Program-made: the position numbers and the translations under genes
Notes under the pieces: generated by a model
The model's database searches: none
What the model was told of the DNA's origin: nothing
What the model saw: the letters and a program-made list of their open reading frames with translations, nothing else
Assembly: GCA_002104945.1 (NCBI GenBank)
Contig: MCFH01000020.1
Location: 1-64,000, forward strand
Direction: 5' to 3'
Length of the DNA: 64,000 bases
Origin: Piromyces finnis finn
Taxonomy: Eukaryota > Fungi > Neocallimastigomycota
Shown: in pieces, positions 1-12,732 of the stretch
Layout of the letters: the number at the start of each line of letters is the position of its first letter
Position numbering within the stretch: the stretch's first letter is position 1

Positions 1-761
1 CTATTTTATATTTATTATTAAATAATTAGTAATAAGATTTATATTTTTAGGAACCTTTAAATGATGGAAAGTTTTATACTTTCAAATTGGTTATCATTAC
101 AAAGGAATATTTTACTGAGAAAATTAAAATACTTGTTTTGAAATAAATTCTAATGCTAATGATAATTAGAATAATATTAATAATTTATATTAATTAATGT
201 TTTAAATCAAAGTAGTACAAATCTATGGTATTAAATCTTATTATTAATAATCTATCGTGAGATAAATGAAATTCTGCAATTGTGATGATTAATATAAGTT
301 TTAATTAATATTTTTAACTTTTTTTTCATTTAAAAGTAAATATGTATACAATACATATACTATATATTATTTAAATATATGTGAACTACATATTTAAATT
401 GTAATGTATTATATATATTATATATAGAATATGGTAATGCATATTATCTCATTTAATTTAAATACAAAAAAAATATAAAAATGTATGACTAATCTTCAAA
501 TTTCATTAATAAATAGTAGATTTAAAAAAAAAATTATTTTTTTTTTTTTAAACAAAAATTAAAAAAAAAATAAAAAAAAAAGTAAAATAGAAATAAAGAT
601 ATAGTATAGATATGGTATAATTACATATTTTATCCAAATCAAAAATTGGCTAAAAGAAATATACTTTAATATTATATTATAGAAGTAAATCAAAAAACTA
701 AAAATAAAGAAATAAAAATATTTTTTTCAAAAAATAATTAATAAGTATTATTTAAAATAAG

Positions 762-3068
762 ATGTTTGGAATAATATTAATTACTGCGTTAATAGCAGTT
801 TTTATATCAAATGCAATTGCTTTTGAAATGAAATTGAATACTTTATATTTAACAGCTCGTGTTGATGGAATGACAGCTATAGATACAGTAGGTGCAGATC
901 AAAATTCAGTTGTACCAATGATGATGGATAGTTATGGTTTGAATTACGATACAGTTTTATTACCAACTAGCTCTTTAACTTTAGAAAAAGATAATGTTGC
1001 TTTATATAATACTATTGTTGTCGAAGGAGCTACTCTTCAACAATTAAATCAGGTTAAAGCACAAATTACAGCGTATCAAACTAAATATAAGATTAGAGTT
1101 GTATATTTAAATTGTGAGCCAGATCCTTTACAAGGTTTTAAACAAAATGGTTTTAATCCTATTCAAACTATTGCAATGAGAAATGTAAAGTTAACAGAAG
1201 AAGCACTTCAATTAGCACACCAATATCAAATGAAAGGAGATGATGTTAATTTCAGAGTAGAAACATGTATTCTTCGTGATATTACGGATGTCAATACTTG
1301 TATTCGATATCATCATTATGAAGTTGCACTTGAAAATCCATCCGATCCAAATATCAAACCACTTTTAAGTTTCTTAGATTTCGAATACAACCAAGAAATT
1401 GGAGCGTATGGAGGAGCACTTATTAATAACAATGGATTAGAAGAAATGCATTTTTGGATTTCATTTGTTGATTCTCATATTGCGTTTTTCGTTAGTCACA
1501 TATGGATTCCATGGGCCAACTATGGTATGATTGATGGCTATAGAAGACTCTTTTTCGAAATTCAAATTGATGATTACTTCACCGATAATTGCTTTAATAA
1601 GGCAGATTGTGAAGGTAAGAGAGAACCAGCAGGAGTTCCACATTACCGAACATCTGTTGAAGATATGAAGAATATTGCACAATGGCATAAAGATGTATCA
1701 AGCCGTTTACCAAAAGGATCCAACATTAAAATTGAATTAGCAATTAATGGTATTCATATTTTAACCGAAACACAACATAAAATCCAAGGGGTATTCCAAA
1801 ATTGGACAGTTCCAGAAACTGGGTATGATTACGTAAAGCCATTGGGTTTCCAAGGAACTAGTAGATGGCCAGAAGACATTGATGATGACTGGGATGATTC
1901 TTTATTACAACAATTAGATCCATTATATGCCTTCTTTAAGAAACCCGAAAATCAAGACAATTTCTATTGGCTTACTCACACTTTCACTCACTTGAAACTT
2001 GATGCAGCCTCCTACCATGATTCAGATATGGAAATGAGAGCCAATATCAAGATGAGTAAAGAGCCATATCTTGGTATGTATGATAGAGAATGTTACTCTA
2101 AGCATAGTATTGTCACACCCGAAATCAGTGGTCTTCACAATGGAGATAATTTAAAAGCATTTTCAGAAAATGGAGTTTATTATGCGGTTGGAGATACTTC
2201 ACGTACAGATCTTTCACCAGGTAATTTCTATTTCCCATTTATTTCTAATCAGACAACATCTAATTTTGATGGATTTGTTGTATTCCCACGTCAACCACCA
2301 CAAGTGTATTGGGATTGCTCTAGAATTGAAGAAAATATGGAAACATATAGATTAAGATATCCAGACCGAACATCCGTTACATGGGAAAAGCATTTAGATG
2401 AAGAAGCGGAACTTCATATTAAAAACTTTTTAAAATTAAGACATGATCCATATATGTTCCATGAAGGTAATTTAAGAAACGCAGATTTCCAAGAAGTTAC
2501 AATTGGAAAAGCCACAGGTAAATTTGGAATGATGCAACAATGGGTTGAAAGAATGGTTGTTGAAGTTGGAAAGTATTTAGATTGGCCAATGATTTCAGTT
2601 AAGATGGATGATCTTGCAGCATCGTATATTGATAGAATCAGTAGAGCAAGTTGTCAACCACAATATACCATGGTTATTGATGATGATTCAGGTATTATTA
2701 AGGAAGTTAAAGTTGAATCCCAAGCAGAAGTTAAGCTTAATATTGTTGGAGATTATAAAGCACAATGTCGTGCTCCATTATTTGTCATGAGAGATGTTGA
2801 ATTTAATGAGAAGCATGATATTCAAAATGTTGAAAAGATAGGAGATGAACCACCAACAGCATGGATAATTCTTGATAAGGCAGGAGAAAGTAAATCATTC
2901 AAATTTTCTAAAGAAATCAAGTATAATGATGAAAAGTTTGTAGGTAAATCCAGTGGAACATTTTTCTCAGGTTTTAAACTTTACTTAATAATTTTCGTTG
3001 GAATTGTTATTCTTTTACTTGCCGCTTACTTTATCATTAGCAAAAAACGCGGAAATAAATCTAACTAA
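762..3068 (+). CDS. agd3: Agd3-like (CE18) polysaccharide deacetylase, copy 1; signal peptide, C-terminal TM helix, short basic tail
   Basis: Intronless 768-aa ORF. Motifs EIQIDD, WLTHTFTH, EISGLHNGD, VGDTS, PRQP, DPYMFHEGNLRN match my recollection of the Agd3 DD / HTFTH / FH catalytic and metal-binding motifs. Hydrophobic N-terminus; TM LYLIIFVGIVILLLAAYFII followed by SKKRGNKSN. Confidence 0.82.
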   Translation: MFGIILITALIAVFISNAIAFEMKLNTLYLTARVDGMTAIDTVGADQNSVVPMMMDSYGLNYDTVLLPTSSLTLEKDNVALYNTIVVEGATLQQLNQVKAQITAYQTKYKIRVVYLNCEPDPLQGFKQNGFNPIQTIAMRNVKLTEEALQLAHQYQMKGDDVNFRVETCILRDITDVNTCIRYHHYEVALENPSDPNIKPLLSFLDFEYNQEIGAYGGALINNNGLEEMHFWISFVDSHIAFFVSHIWIPWANYGMIDGYRRLFFEIQIDDYFTDNCFNKADCEGKREPAGVPHYRTSVEDMKNIAQWHKDVSSRLPKGSNIKIELAINGIHILTETQHKIQGVFQNWTVPETGYDYVKPLGFQGTSRWPEDIDDDWDDSLLQQLDPLYAFFKKPENQDNFYWLTHTFTHLKLDAASYHDSDMEMRANIKMSKEPYLGMYDRECYSKHSIVTPEISGLHNGDNLKAFSENGVYYAVGDTSRTDLSPGNFYFPFISNQTTSNFDGFVVFPRQPPQVYWDCSRIEENMETYRLRYPDRTSVTWEKHLDEEAELHIKNFLKLRHDPYMFHEGNLRNADFQEVTIGKATGKFGMMQQWVERMVVEVGKYLDWPMISVKMDDLAASYIDRISRASCQPQYTMVIDDDSGIIKEVKVESQAEVKLNIVGDYKAQCRAPLFVMRDVEFNEKHDIQNVEKIGDEPPTAWIILDKAGESKSFKFSKEIKYNDEKFVGKSSGTFFSGFKLYLIIFVGIVILLLAAYFIISKKRGNKSN

Positions 3069-5175
3069 ATCGATTAAAGATTAATTACTTTATTAAAACA
3101 AACCTATATACATATACTTATTAATAACAAATAAAATAATATTATAGTAAATAACCTTTAAAATAGTGGTTAAAAAAAAAAAAAAAAACCACCAAAATTA
3201 TAATTCATTAATGTAGTGAATTTTTTTTATTATGTAATTTATATAATGTTATGTAATTCATAATATAACAATATATAATTTATATAACTAAAAATTTTAT
3301 AGTTGTATTTATAATATTATATCATAAAATATTATAAAATATAGTAATATAAAATTTAATTATTTATTATATTATTTAAATTATATCAATATCACAATAA
3401 GTAATTTCGAACTTGTATAAAATAATAATACAAAATTAAATTATTTCAATATACTTATGAATTATTTATTCTATAAAAATAAAACATAAAACGAAAAATA
3501 AATAAAATAATCATTAAATAGTTTTAACAATAGCATCATAATAAATTCAAAAGTTTTGTAAAAGCTTTTTTTTTGTTCTCCCTCTTTTCTTTTTAAAAAA
3601 AAAAATGAAGGATAAAAATAAAACTATAAAAACTAAATAATGGTAGTTAAAGAATAATTATATCTTTTTTAACATAATTCACAATACATAATACACATAA
3701 TAACATAATACATAATACATAATACATTAGATACACAATACAACTAGTAATAATTATAAAGTAAATAAAGAGGTACCTTTTTTTTTTTTTATTAATATTT
3801 AGTATTAATCCCCATAAAATTTAAATAATATATATTTGAAACTTTTCAAAAAGTAAAATAAATAAAATGTTTAAAAAAATTTTTTTTGTGATTCATAGAA
3901 TTTCTATTATCATCTGGTTTAATAAAATTGTGGAAATAATTAATTTATAGTATTGAACACAAAATATAAATTAAAACATGGCTTATAAAACAAAATCAAT
4001 ATTGTATTATAATAGATTATAAAAATACACCTTAATAATAAATAAATGAATGTGGCTATTGATATATTTCTATTACATATTTTTTAAAAAAAGAAAAACA
4101 AAAACAAAAATCAAAATTTCATTTATTAATTAAAGTTATTAATTATTGGAAAATTTTTTTTTATATGTCAAATATATATTATTAATATATAAAAAAGTTA
4201 TTGAAAACTTCTTTCGATATATATTATTATATTTGATTATTTGTGAAACCTTGATTTCTAGAAAGTGAAATTGATTTTTTTAAACATATAAAGCTTTTCT
4301 AATATATAATTATTCTTTTTATAGATTTATGATGAATATAGTATTAATTATTTATTAATAGCATACTCTTTAAATAATCATTTCTAAAATAATATAGTAT
4401 TATTATTTTTTATTAATAAAACATATAATTATTCTTTTTTTATTTCAAGGATTGATTTTTTTAATATAATATAGTTGTTTTAAATAATTTTTTTTTATTG
4501 TCATACTTTAATTTCCCTCAATTTCAATATATTGTAATATATGAATATTTAATTAATGCCATATATTATAGGAATGTTAATTTATTTTAAAAATTCTAAA
4601 AATGGATATATAAATTTTTATATATTGAAATTTAAGAGTTATTAAATCATGAATCCAAAAAACCCTATAAAAACCTTGATTATTCTCCAACTTTTTTTCA
4701 TATTTTAAAAAATTAATAAACATAACTCTATATTGAAATAAATAATATTCAGAAGCAAAAATAAAACAATAAATCTTCAAAAAGATTTAAAATGTTTTTA
4801 ATAATAAAATAGAAAAGCCTTATTATAACTTTGTAAATTCAATTATTAATATAATTAATATTTAGAATTATATTGATATTTTTTAATTTATAAATATAAA
4901 ACTTTCACAAAATTAAAAAATAAAAATAAAAAGTAATAAAAATAAAAAGTAATATATATATATATATAAAGGATATAATAAAATAGAAATTAAAATAATA
5001 AATAATTAAATAAATAAATAGATAAAATAGATAAATAAATAAATAATAATATTAACAATAAAAAAACATAACACAAACTAATATAATTAAAATAAGAGTA
5101 AAAACATTACCTTTGAAATAGATATAAAAAAGTATTATTATTAAACAAAGAGCAAAACAAACAAATAAACAAAAA

Positions 5176-7773
5176 ATGAATAGAATATTATTTATTACTG
5201 CGTTAATAGCAGTTTTTATATCAAATGCAATTGCTTTTGAAATGAAATTGAATACTTTATATTTAACAGCTCGTGTTGATGGAATGACAGCTATAGATAC
5301 AGTAGGTGCAGATCAAAATTCAGTTGTACCAATGATGATGGATAGTTATGGTTTGAATTACGATACAGTTTTATTACCAACTAGCTCTTTAACTTTAGAA
5401 AAAGATAATGTTGCTTTATATAATACTATTGTTGTCGAAGGAGCTACTCTTCAACAATTAAATCAGGTTAAAGCACAAATTACAGCGTATCAAACTAAAT
5501 ATAAGATTAGAGTTGTATATTTAAATTGTGAGCCAGATCCTTTACAAGGTTTTAAACAAAATGGTTTTAATCCTATTCAAACTATTGCAATGAGAAATGT
5601 AAAGTTAACAGAAGAAGCACTTCAATTAGCACACCAATATCAAATGAAAGGAGATGATGTTAATTTCAAAGTAGAAACATGTATTCTTCGTGATATTACG
5701 GATGTCAATACTTGTATTCGATATCATCATTATGAAGTTGCACTTGAAAATCCATCCGATCCAAATATCAAACCACTTTTAAGTTTCTTAGATTTCGAAT
5801 ATAACCAAGAAATTGGAGCGTATGGAGGAGCACTTATTAATAACAATGGATTAGAAGAAATGCATTTTTGGATTTCATTTGTTGATTCTCATATTGCGTT
5901 TTTCGTTAGTCACATATGGATTCCATGGGCCAACTATGGTATGATTGATGGCTATAGAAGACTCTTTTTCGAAATTCAAATTGATGATTACTTCACCGAT
6001 AATTGCTTTAATAAGGCAGATTGTGAAGGTAAGAGAGAACCAGCAGGAGTTCCACATTACCGAACATCTGTTGAAGATATGAAGAATATTGCACAATGGC
6101 ATAAAGATGTATCAAGCCGTTTACCAAAAGGATCCAACATTAAAATTGAATTAGCAATTAATGGTATTCATATTTTAACCGAAACACAACATAAAATCCA
6201 AGGGGTATTCCAAAATTGGACAGTTCCAGAAACTGGGTATGATTACGTAAAGCCATTGGGTTTCCAAGGAACTAGTAGATGGCCAGAAGACATTGATGAT
6301 GACTGGGATGATTCTTTATTACAACAATTAGATCCATTATATGCCTTCTTTAAGAAACCCGAAAATCAAGACAATTTCTATTGGCTTACTCACACTTTCA
6401 CTCACTTGAAACTTGATGCAGCCTCCTACCATGATTCAGATATGGAAATGAGAGCCAATATCAAGATGAGTAAAGAGCCATATCTTGGTATGTATGATAG
6501 AGAATGTTACTCTAAGCATAGTATTGTCACACCCGAAATCAGTGGTCTTCACAATGGAGATAATTTAAAAGCATTTTCAGAAAATGGAGTTTATTATGCG
6601 GTTGGAGATACTTCACGTACAGATCTTTCACCAGGTAATTTCTATTTCCCATTTATTTCTAATCAGACAACATCTAATTTTGATGGATTTGTTGTATTCC
6701 CACGTCAACCACCACAAGTGTATTGGGATTGCTCTAGAATTGAAGAAAATATGGAAACATATAGATTAAGATATCCAGACCGAGCATCCGTTACATGGGA
6801 AAAACATTTAGATGAAGAAGCGGAACTTCATATTAAAAACTTTTTAAAATTAAGACATGATCCATATATGTTCCATGAAGGTAATTTAAGAAACGCAGAT
6901 TTCCAAGAAGTTACAATTGGAAAAGCCACAGGTAAATTTGGAATGATGCAACAATGGGTTGAAAGAATGGTTGTTGAAGTTGGAAAGTATTTAGATTGGC
7001 CAATGATTTCAGTTAAGATGGATGATCTTGCAGCATCGTATATTGATAGAATCAGTAGAGCAAGTTGTCAACCACAATATACCATGGTTATTGATGATGA
7101 TTCAGGTATTATTAAGGAAGTTAAAGTTGAATCCCAAGCAGAAGTTAAGCTTAATATTGTTGGAGATTATAAAGCACAATGTCGTGCTCCATTATTTGTC
7201 ATGAGAAATGTTGAATTTAATGAGAAGCATGATATTCAAAATGTTGAAAAGATAGGAGATGAACCACCAACAGCATGGATAATTCTTGATAAGGCAGGAG
7301 AAAGTAAATCATTCAAATTTTCTAAAGAAATCAAGTATAATGATGAAAAATTTGTAGGTAAATCCAGTGGAACATTTTTCTCAGGTTTTAAACTTTACTT
7401 AATAATTTTCGTTGGAATTGTTATTCTTTTACTTGCTGCTTACTTTGTTTATGGTAAAATCACAGGAAATAAATCAGAAAGCAATTCCATGTATCATAAT
7501 AATCAAAACAATTTACAATATCAAAGTAATCCACAATTCCAAAGTAATTTTCAGTACAATCAAGGCCATCAATACCAACAACCACAAGAACCTTTAAAGA
7601 GTTACAATAATAACATGGCTGAAATGTATAATAGAAATAATATGATGGGCAATCGAAGTGGACCAACAAGTCCAATAAGTCCAACAAATGGTTATACTTA
7701 TGGACAAAGAAGCGATTTTCAAGATTTCAGAAAACAAAGAGGTGTTAGGAATTACACACAACTTAGAGACTAA
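5176..7773 (+). CDS. agd3: Agd3-like deacetylase, copy 2; TM helix plus ~100-aa Q/N/Y-rich cytoplasmic tail
   Basis: 865-aa ORF; core nearly identical to copy 1 with the same catalytic motifs; unique tail after the TM. Confidence 0.82.
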   Translation: MNRILFITALIAVFISNAIAFEMKLNTLYLTARVDGMTAIDTVGADQNSVVPMMMDSYGLNYDTVLLPTSSLTLEKDNVALYNTIVVEGATLQQLNQVKAQITAYQTKYKIRVVYLNCEPDPLQGFKQNGFNPIQTIAMRNVKLTEEALQLAHQYQMKGDDVNFKVETCILRDITDVNTCIRYHHYEVALENPSDPNIKPLLSFLDFEYNQEIGAYGGALINNNGLEEMHFWISFVDSHIAFFVSHIWIPWANYGMIDGYRRLFFEIQIDDYFTDNCFNKADCEGKREPAGVPHYRTSVEDMKNIAQWHKDVSSRLPKGSNIKIELAINGIHILTETQHKIQGVFQNWTVPETGYDYVKPLGFQGTSRWPEDIDDDWDDSLLQQLDPLYAFFKKPENQDNFYWLTHTFTHLKLDAASYHDSDMEMRANIKMSKEPYLGMYDRECYSKHSIVTPEISGLHNGDNLKAFSENGVYYAVGDTSRTDLSPGNFYFPFISNQTTSNFDGFVVFPRQPPQVYWDCSRIEENMETYRLRYPDRASVTWEKHLDEEAELHIKNFLKLRHDPYMFHEGNLRNADFQEVTIGKATGKFGMMQQWVERMVVEVGKYLDWPMISVKMDDLAASYIDRISRASCQPQYTMVIDDDSGIIKEVKVESQAEVKLNIVGDYKAQCRAPLFVMRNVEFNEKHDIQNVEKIGDEPPTAWIILDKAGESKSFKFSKEIKYNDEKFVGKSSGTFFSGFKLYLIIFVGIVILLLAAYFVYGKITGNKSESNSMYHNNQNNLQYQSNPQFQSNFQYNQGHQYQQPQEPLKSYNNNMAEMYNRNNMMGNRSGPTSPISPTNGYTYGQRSDFQDFRKQRGVRNYTQLRD

Positions 7774-8457
7774 AGTTAGATTCATCATTGAATAAATTTT
7801 TTTATGAATTTAAACAAAAAATTATTTTGAAAGAATATTCAACAATATAAAATGAATAAATTTTTTATGAAAATATATTCAAATTATAAGATTTTGTAAT
7901 ATATACTATAACCTATCCATCAATAATTATTATATAGTTTTAAAAAACTTTTAATATAATTTTAATTATATATATATATATATATACATACAAACAAATT
8001 AAATCATAAATAAAAGGAAAAATTAATAAATTTATTTGATATTAAATAATCTATAATTATTATTATATATTAAAAAAAAAAAAAATCTTACAGTATAATA
8101 ATACTGTTTTATTTTTTTTATTTTATTTTATTATTATAATTTTTTTTTAAAAGAAAAAAAAAAAGTGATAATCAATATAAGATTAATAAATTAGAAATCA
8201 ATACTTTTAAACCATCAAAAAAATAAAAGAAAAAAAAAAGAGAAAATATATATATTTTTTTCTATTTTTAAAATTTTATTAAGGTATAAATAAATAATGA
8301 ATTAATTTATTTCAAATTTTTATCAATAGATAAAAATATAAATAATAGATATTAATTAAAATATATACATGAATTTATAATTAATTAAAAGGTAACAAAC
8401 ATAGCAAAAAGAAAAGTAAAAAAAAAAAAAAAAAAAGAAGAAAAAAACAACTTAGAA

Positions 8458-9442
8458 TTATATATTATTTCTAGATGGATTACGGTTAGTTCTTCTTCTT
8501 GTTAATGTACGAGAAACACCAGTAGCAACACGAGTTGTAATATTTGTTACTTGAGCTCTTTTAACGAAAGCAAGAATACCAACACCTGCAGCAACAAGAC
8601 CTCCAAATACCACTGGAATAGTGGTATTACCATTTTCTATATTTTCTACAGCTTCACTAACATTATTTATATTGGCTTCATTATTAGTGTTAGAGTTTCC
8701 ATTGGTATTAACGTTATTATATTGAACATTGGAAGAATCGATACCTCTATCGTTTGAAGTTACAATATTAGTATCATCGGTATTAGCGTTACTAGAAGGA
8801 TTAGAAATAGATGGAGCTACATTTTCAGTAAGAATATTTCCTTCTGTAGAAGGCTTTTCTTCAGTTATTTCAGATGTTATTGGTGATGAAGATAATGTAG
8901 TTGCTTCAGATGTAGTTGTTTCAGAAGCAGTAGAAATAATTGTAGTTGTTTTTTCTTTTATTTCTTCAGTAGAAGTTAATGGTGATTTTCTTTGAGTGGT
9001 GGTTGTAGTAGTAGAAGTGTGTTTATTTTCTTCATTTATTTTATTATCTTTATCCTCCTCATCAGGTAATAAGTTTGAAATTACATTACTATTTTCAGAA
9101 ATAGTGGTTTTATCGGCTTGAGCTTCATTGTGAGCTAAATAATTACTACTACTTTTAGAAGATGAGATTGATTCTATGGTTGGTTTTTCTAATGTAGTAG
9201 TTGATGTAGTTCTTGATGATGTTGTTGTTGGTCTTTTAGTAGAAGTAATTGGTTCTCTAGTTGGTTGCTTTGTAGTAGTAGTAGTAGTTGTTGTTGTTGT
9301 AGTTGTTTTAATAACAGAGGTTGTTGGAATTTTTGTGGATGTAATGATAGGTCTAATAAGTTGTTTGGTAGTAGTAGTAGTAGTAGTTATTGGTTTTCTA
9401 GTAGTAGTAGTAGTTGTTGTGATTGTAGTTGGTTTTCTAGTT

Positions 9443-9477
<35 letters not shown>

Positions 9478-10439
9478 TGTTGTTGTTGTTGTAGTAGTTG
9501 TTGTTGTTGATTTTTTTGTGGTGGTAGTAGTGGTAGTGGTAGTTGTTGTTGTTGATCTTTTTGTAGTAGTTATTTTATCAGTGGTACTGGTCTTTTTACT
9601 AGAATTTATTTTTTCAAGGTATTCCCATGGCCACTCTTTTATTAAATCAATATCATTCATAGCCATATATTTTGCAACTTCGTTGTAACTTTCGATAATT
9701 TCTGATTTACTAATACCAGTTTCTTTTGAAAGGTTACTTAAATCATCACTATCATATTTGTTATTTACATATATTTTTCCTTCATCAGATATAACACTCC
9801 ATACAATTTCAAGAACACCTGTTGATTTTTTTGCTAATTTTTCAAAAAGAGTTTGACTTAAATCAATTTGAGTTTCACCACATGAACCACATTGATCAAT
9901 GACCTTACCCTTTACTATATATGAATTAATTAATGTTGTTTGTTAGAAATTAGAATAAAACCATTGATATAATATTGACATAATGGTATAATATTAATAT
10001 TTAAAATCATATGGTTATTTAATTACCAATTTTATAAGAACCAACAGCTTTTTCATAGTTAAGAGGCATAATGATGGCATATTTATCACAGTATTTGTAA
10101 TTTCCATTTTCTTTACTTTCGAAATAATTTGGATGCTATATAACAATAGAATTAATATTGTTGATTTGTTTATATATAGATTTGATTTTTTTTTTTTTTA
10201 ATATTTTAAATAGTCAATAATTTTTTTTTTCTAAAAAAAGTATATTATATAATTAAAAATATGATATTTACCATAGCTATAAAAAGATTATTCTTTGGTA
10301 TACCTCTTTCACATTTTGGATTTTCTTGTGTTTCACATTCATCTGGGCAACCATAAAATGTAGAACTGTAAGAATAATAGGTTGCATATGCACTATTGAA
10401 TAATAGGGCAATAAATAATATTAATGTATTTAATAACAT
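8458..10439 (-). CDS. Membrane-anchored RlpA-like double-psi beta-barrel (loosenin/expansin-like) protein with Thr/Ser-rich stalk; 3 exons (10439-10272, 10135-10027, 9914-8458)
   Basis: Splicing at GT-AG sites gives signal peptide + STFYGCPDEC...FIAMHPNYF...YCDKYAII...VKGKVIDQCGSCGETQIDLSQTLFEKLA...GVLEIVW, a typical DPBB signature (V-x-D-x-C-x2-C-x4-IDLS-x3-F-x2-LA). Then a poly-Thr stalk, TM IPVVFGGLVAAGVGILAFV and an Arg-rich tail. Confidence 0.75.
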
Positions 10440-11324
10440 TTTTAATTTTATTTTATTATTAATTATAGTTTTATTTTATTCTTTTTTGATATTATATATC
10501 TATTTATTTAACAATTTAATTATTTATATTTCCTTTTTTCTTCTATATTCTATTATTTTTATTATTTTATGTATTCTATTATTTATTATTGAGTTAAAAA
10601 TATTATAAAAAAAAAAGAAAATTTTTAGTTCTTTCATTTTGCTTTTATTTAAAATTTTGAATTACACAAGAACAAAAAAGAAATTACTATACATCATTAA
10701 TAAATTTTATTTATATTTAAATTTAATTTATTTAATTAGATATAATTTAAATCATTACTTTTGGTATTATTAAAGTTAATCAATATTTACAAATATTTTA
10801 AATATTAACAATTTTATTCTCTATTGTAATATAAAAAAAAAAGTTAAAAGTGTTATTAATATTTTTAAATAAGAATATATTGTGTAATAATATATATTAG
10901 TATAATCACTTTTTCTTTAATGCCACTCTTTTCTGAACCAAAATAATTAAAATTATTGAAATTATATTAATTATCGTTTCAACCCATCATATTTATTACA
11001 TTTTGTAATTAAACTTTTTAGTTTTATTTTAGATTTTTATAATGAAAACCAATAATGTTTTAACTTTTTATAAATTCAAAAATTTTTAGAGAATTAACAA
11101 TTTATTTTATTTTTTTATATCTATAATATATAGTAATATAAATAAACAGGTTTTAAAGTAATTTCTTTAATTTCTTTAATTTATTTTATTGCTATTTATA
11201 GTGTTTTTAATTATATAAATATTATTTATTAAAAATATTTATAACGATTAATATAAAGATTTGTTATTTGATAAGTAATAAAAAAAAAAGAAATATCTTT
11301 ATTCTAATAATGATAATGTGACCG

Positions 11325-11360
<36 letters not shown>

Positions 11361-12732
11361 GAGCCAACTAATTGAATACTATTGAATTAATAATAATAAT
11401 AAACATAATAATAATAAGCATAATAATCAGTACATTTTTATTCAATAATCTTTAATTTTTTTTATAAGAATTAACTTTTAATAGTTACAAAATATATATA
11501 GCCATCATAAAAATAAAAAAAAAAAAGTCATTTATAAAATTAAGAGATGAAATAAAACTTCATACAACATATATATGAATGAAATGAAAATATTGTTATA
11601 TTATATTGGTATAACAAACAATATATATACTTTATTCATTTTTTATTAAAAAGAAATATATTAATGAAATGAACTATTATTATTATTATTATTATTATTT
11701 TTGGTTAATAAAAAGTAGAATAATATCAGAAACTATTATAGTATTGAATATTACATAATAATAATAGCTAAAACTATATATATATTGAAAATTAATATAA
11801 ATTATTTGTGCAACCTTTATTTTTAAAATATAAATATTTTACAATCTTATAAAATTTGAATTTCTAAACTTTTTGTAAAAAAAAATTATCATATTTATTA
11901 TTAAATATTATTATGTAAAGTAGGTGATGTAAAAGTTTCATTTTATTATTATTTAGTTATTCTTCCTTATTATTTATTATCTAAATAAATATTTGAATAT
12001 TAAGTTTATAATAAAGAATAAATAAACAGTAAAAATGCTTTTTTTTTTTTTCAGAATTTTTTGACAGATTAGAAATAATTTTTAATATGGCTTGATAAAA
12101 CATTTCTTAATTATTAAACATAAAAAATAATTAACAATTACTTTTTTTTAAGGCTTTATGCTAAAATATTATTTAATTAATTCATATGATTTTAATTTAA
12201 ATATCCACAATTAAAAATAAGGGTTAATAATAAGGAAATTGTACAACTATAAATTAAAATGATAAATATAAAAAAAAAAAAATATTTATATTTAATATAA
12301 AAGTTTATTAATTATTTTTTTTTATATTGAAGTGTCAATTTTAGTTTTTTCATTTATATTGTTTTTTGAACAATATAAATAATATTAAAAAAAAAAAAAA
12401 GGAGAAAATCTATATTAATAAAGCCAAAACAAAAAAAAAAAAAATATTTCCTTTCATAAGATTTGCTTAGTAGATTTAATAATTGAAAAAAAGAAAAAGT
12501 TTTTTTTTTTCACATTTCAATTACATTCATTTCATAATTTTTATATATATATAATTAAATATATATATATATATATATAGACAATAGATTTGAAAAAAAA
12601 TTTCTTTAAAAGCAAATTTCATTTTTTTTTTTTTTAAATTAAAAATATAATATATAAAAGATATTTTTTTCTTCATTTTTGTTAAAAAAAAAAAACAAAC
12701 AAAAAAAAAGCAAATAATATATATAAAGCAAA

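Noticed and set aside
9176-9688. Poly-Val and poly-Ser/Cys ORFs on the plus strand
   Set aside because: Antisense reading of the Thr-rich stalk codons.
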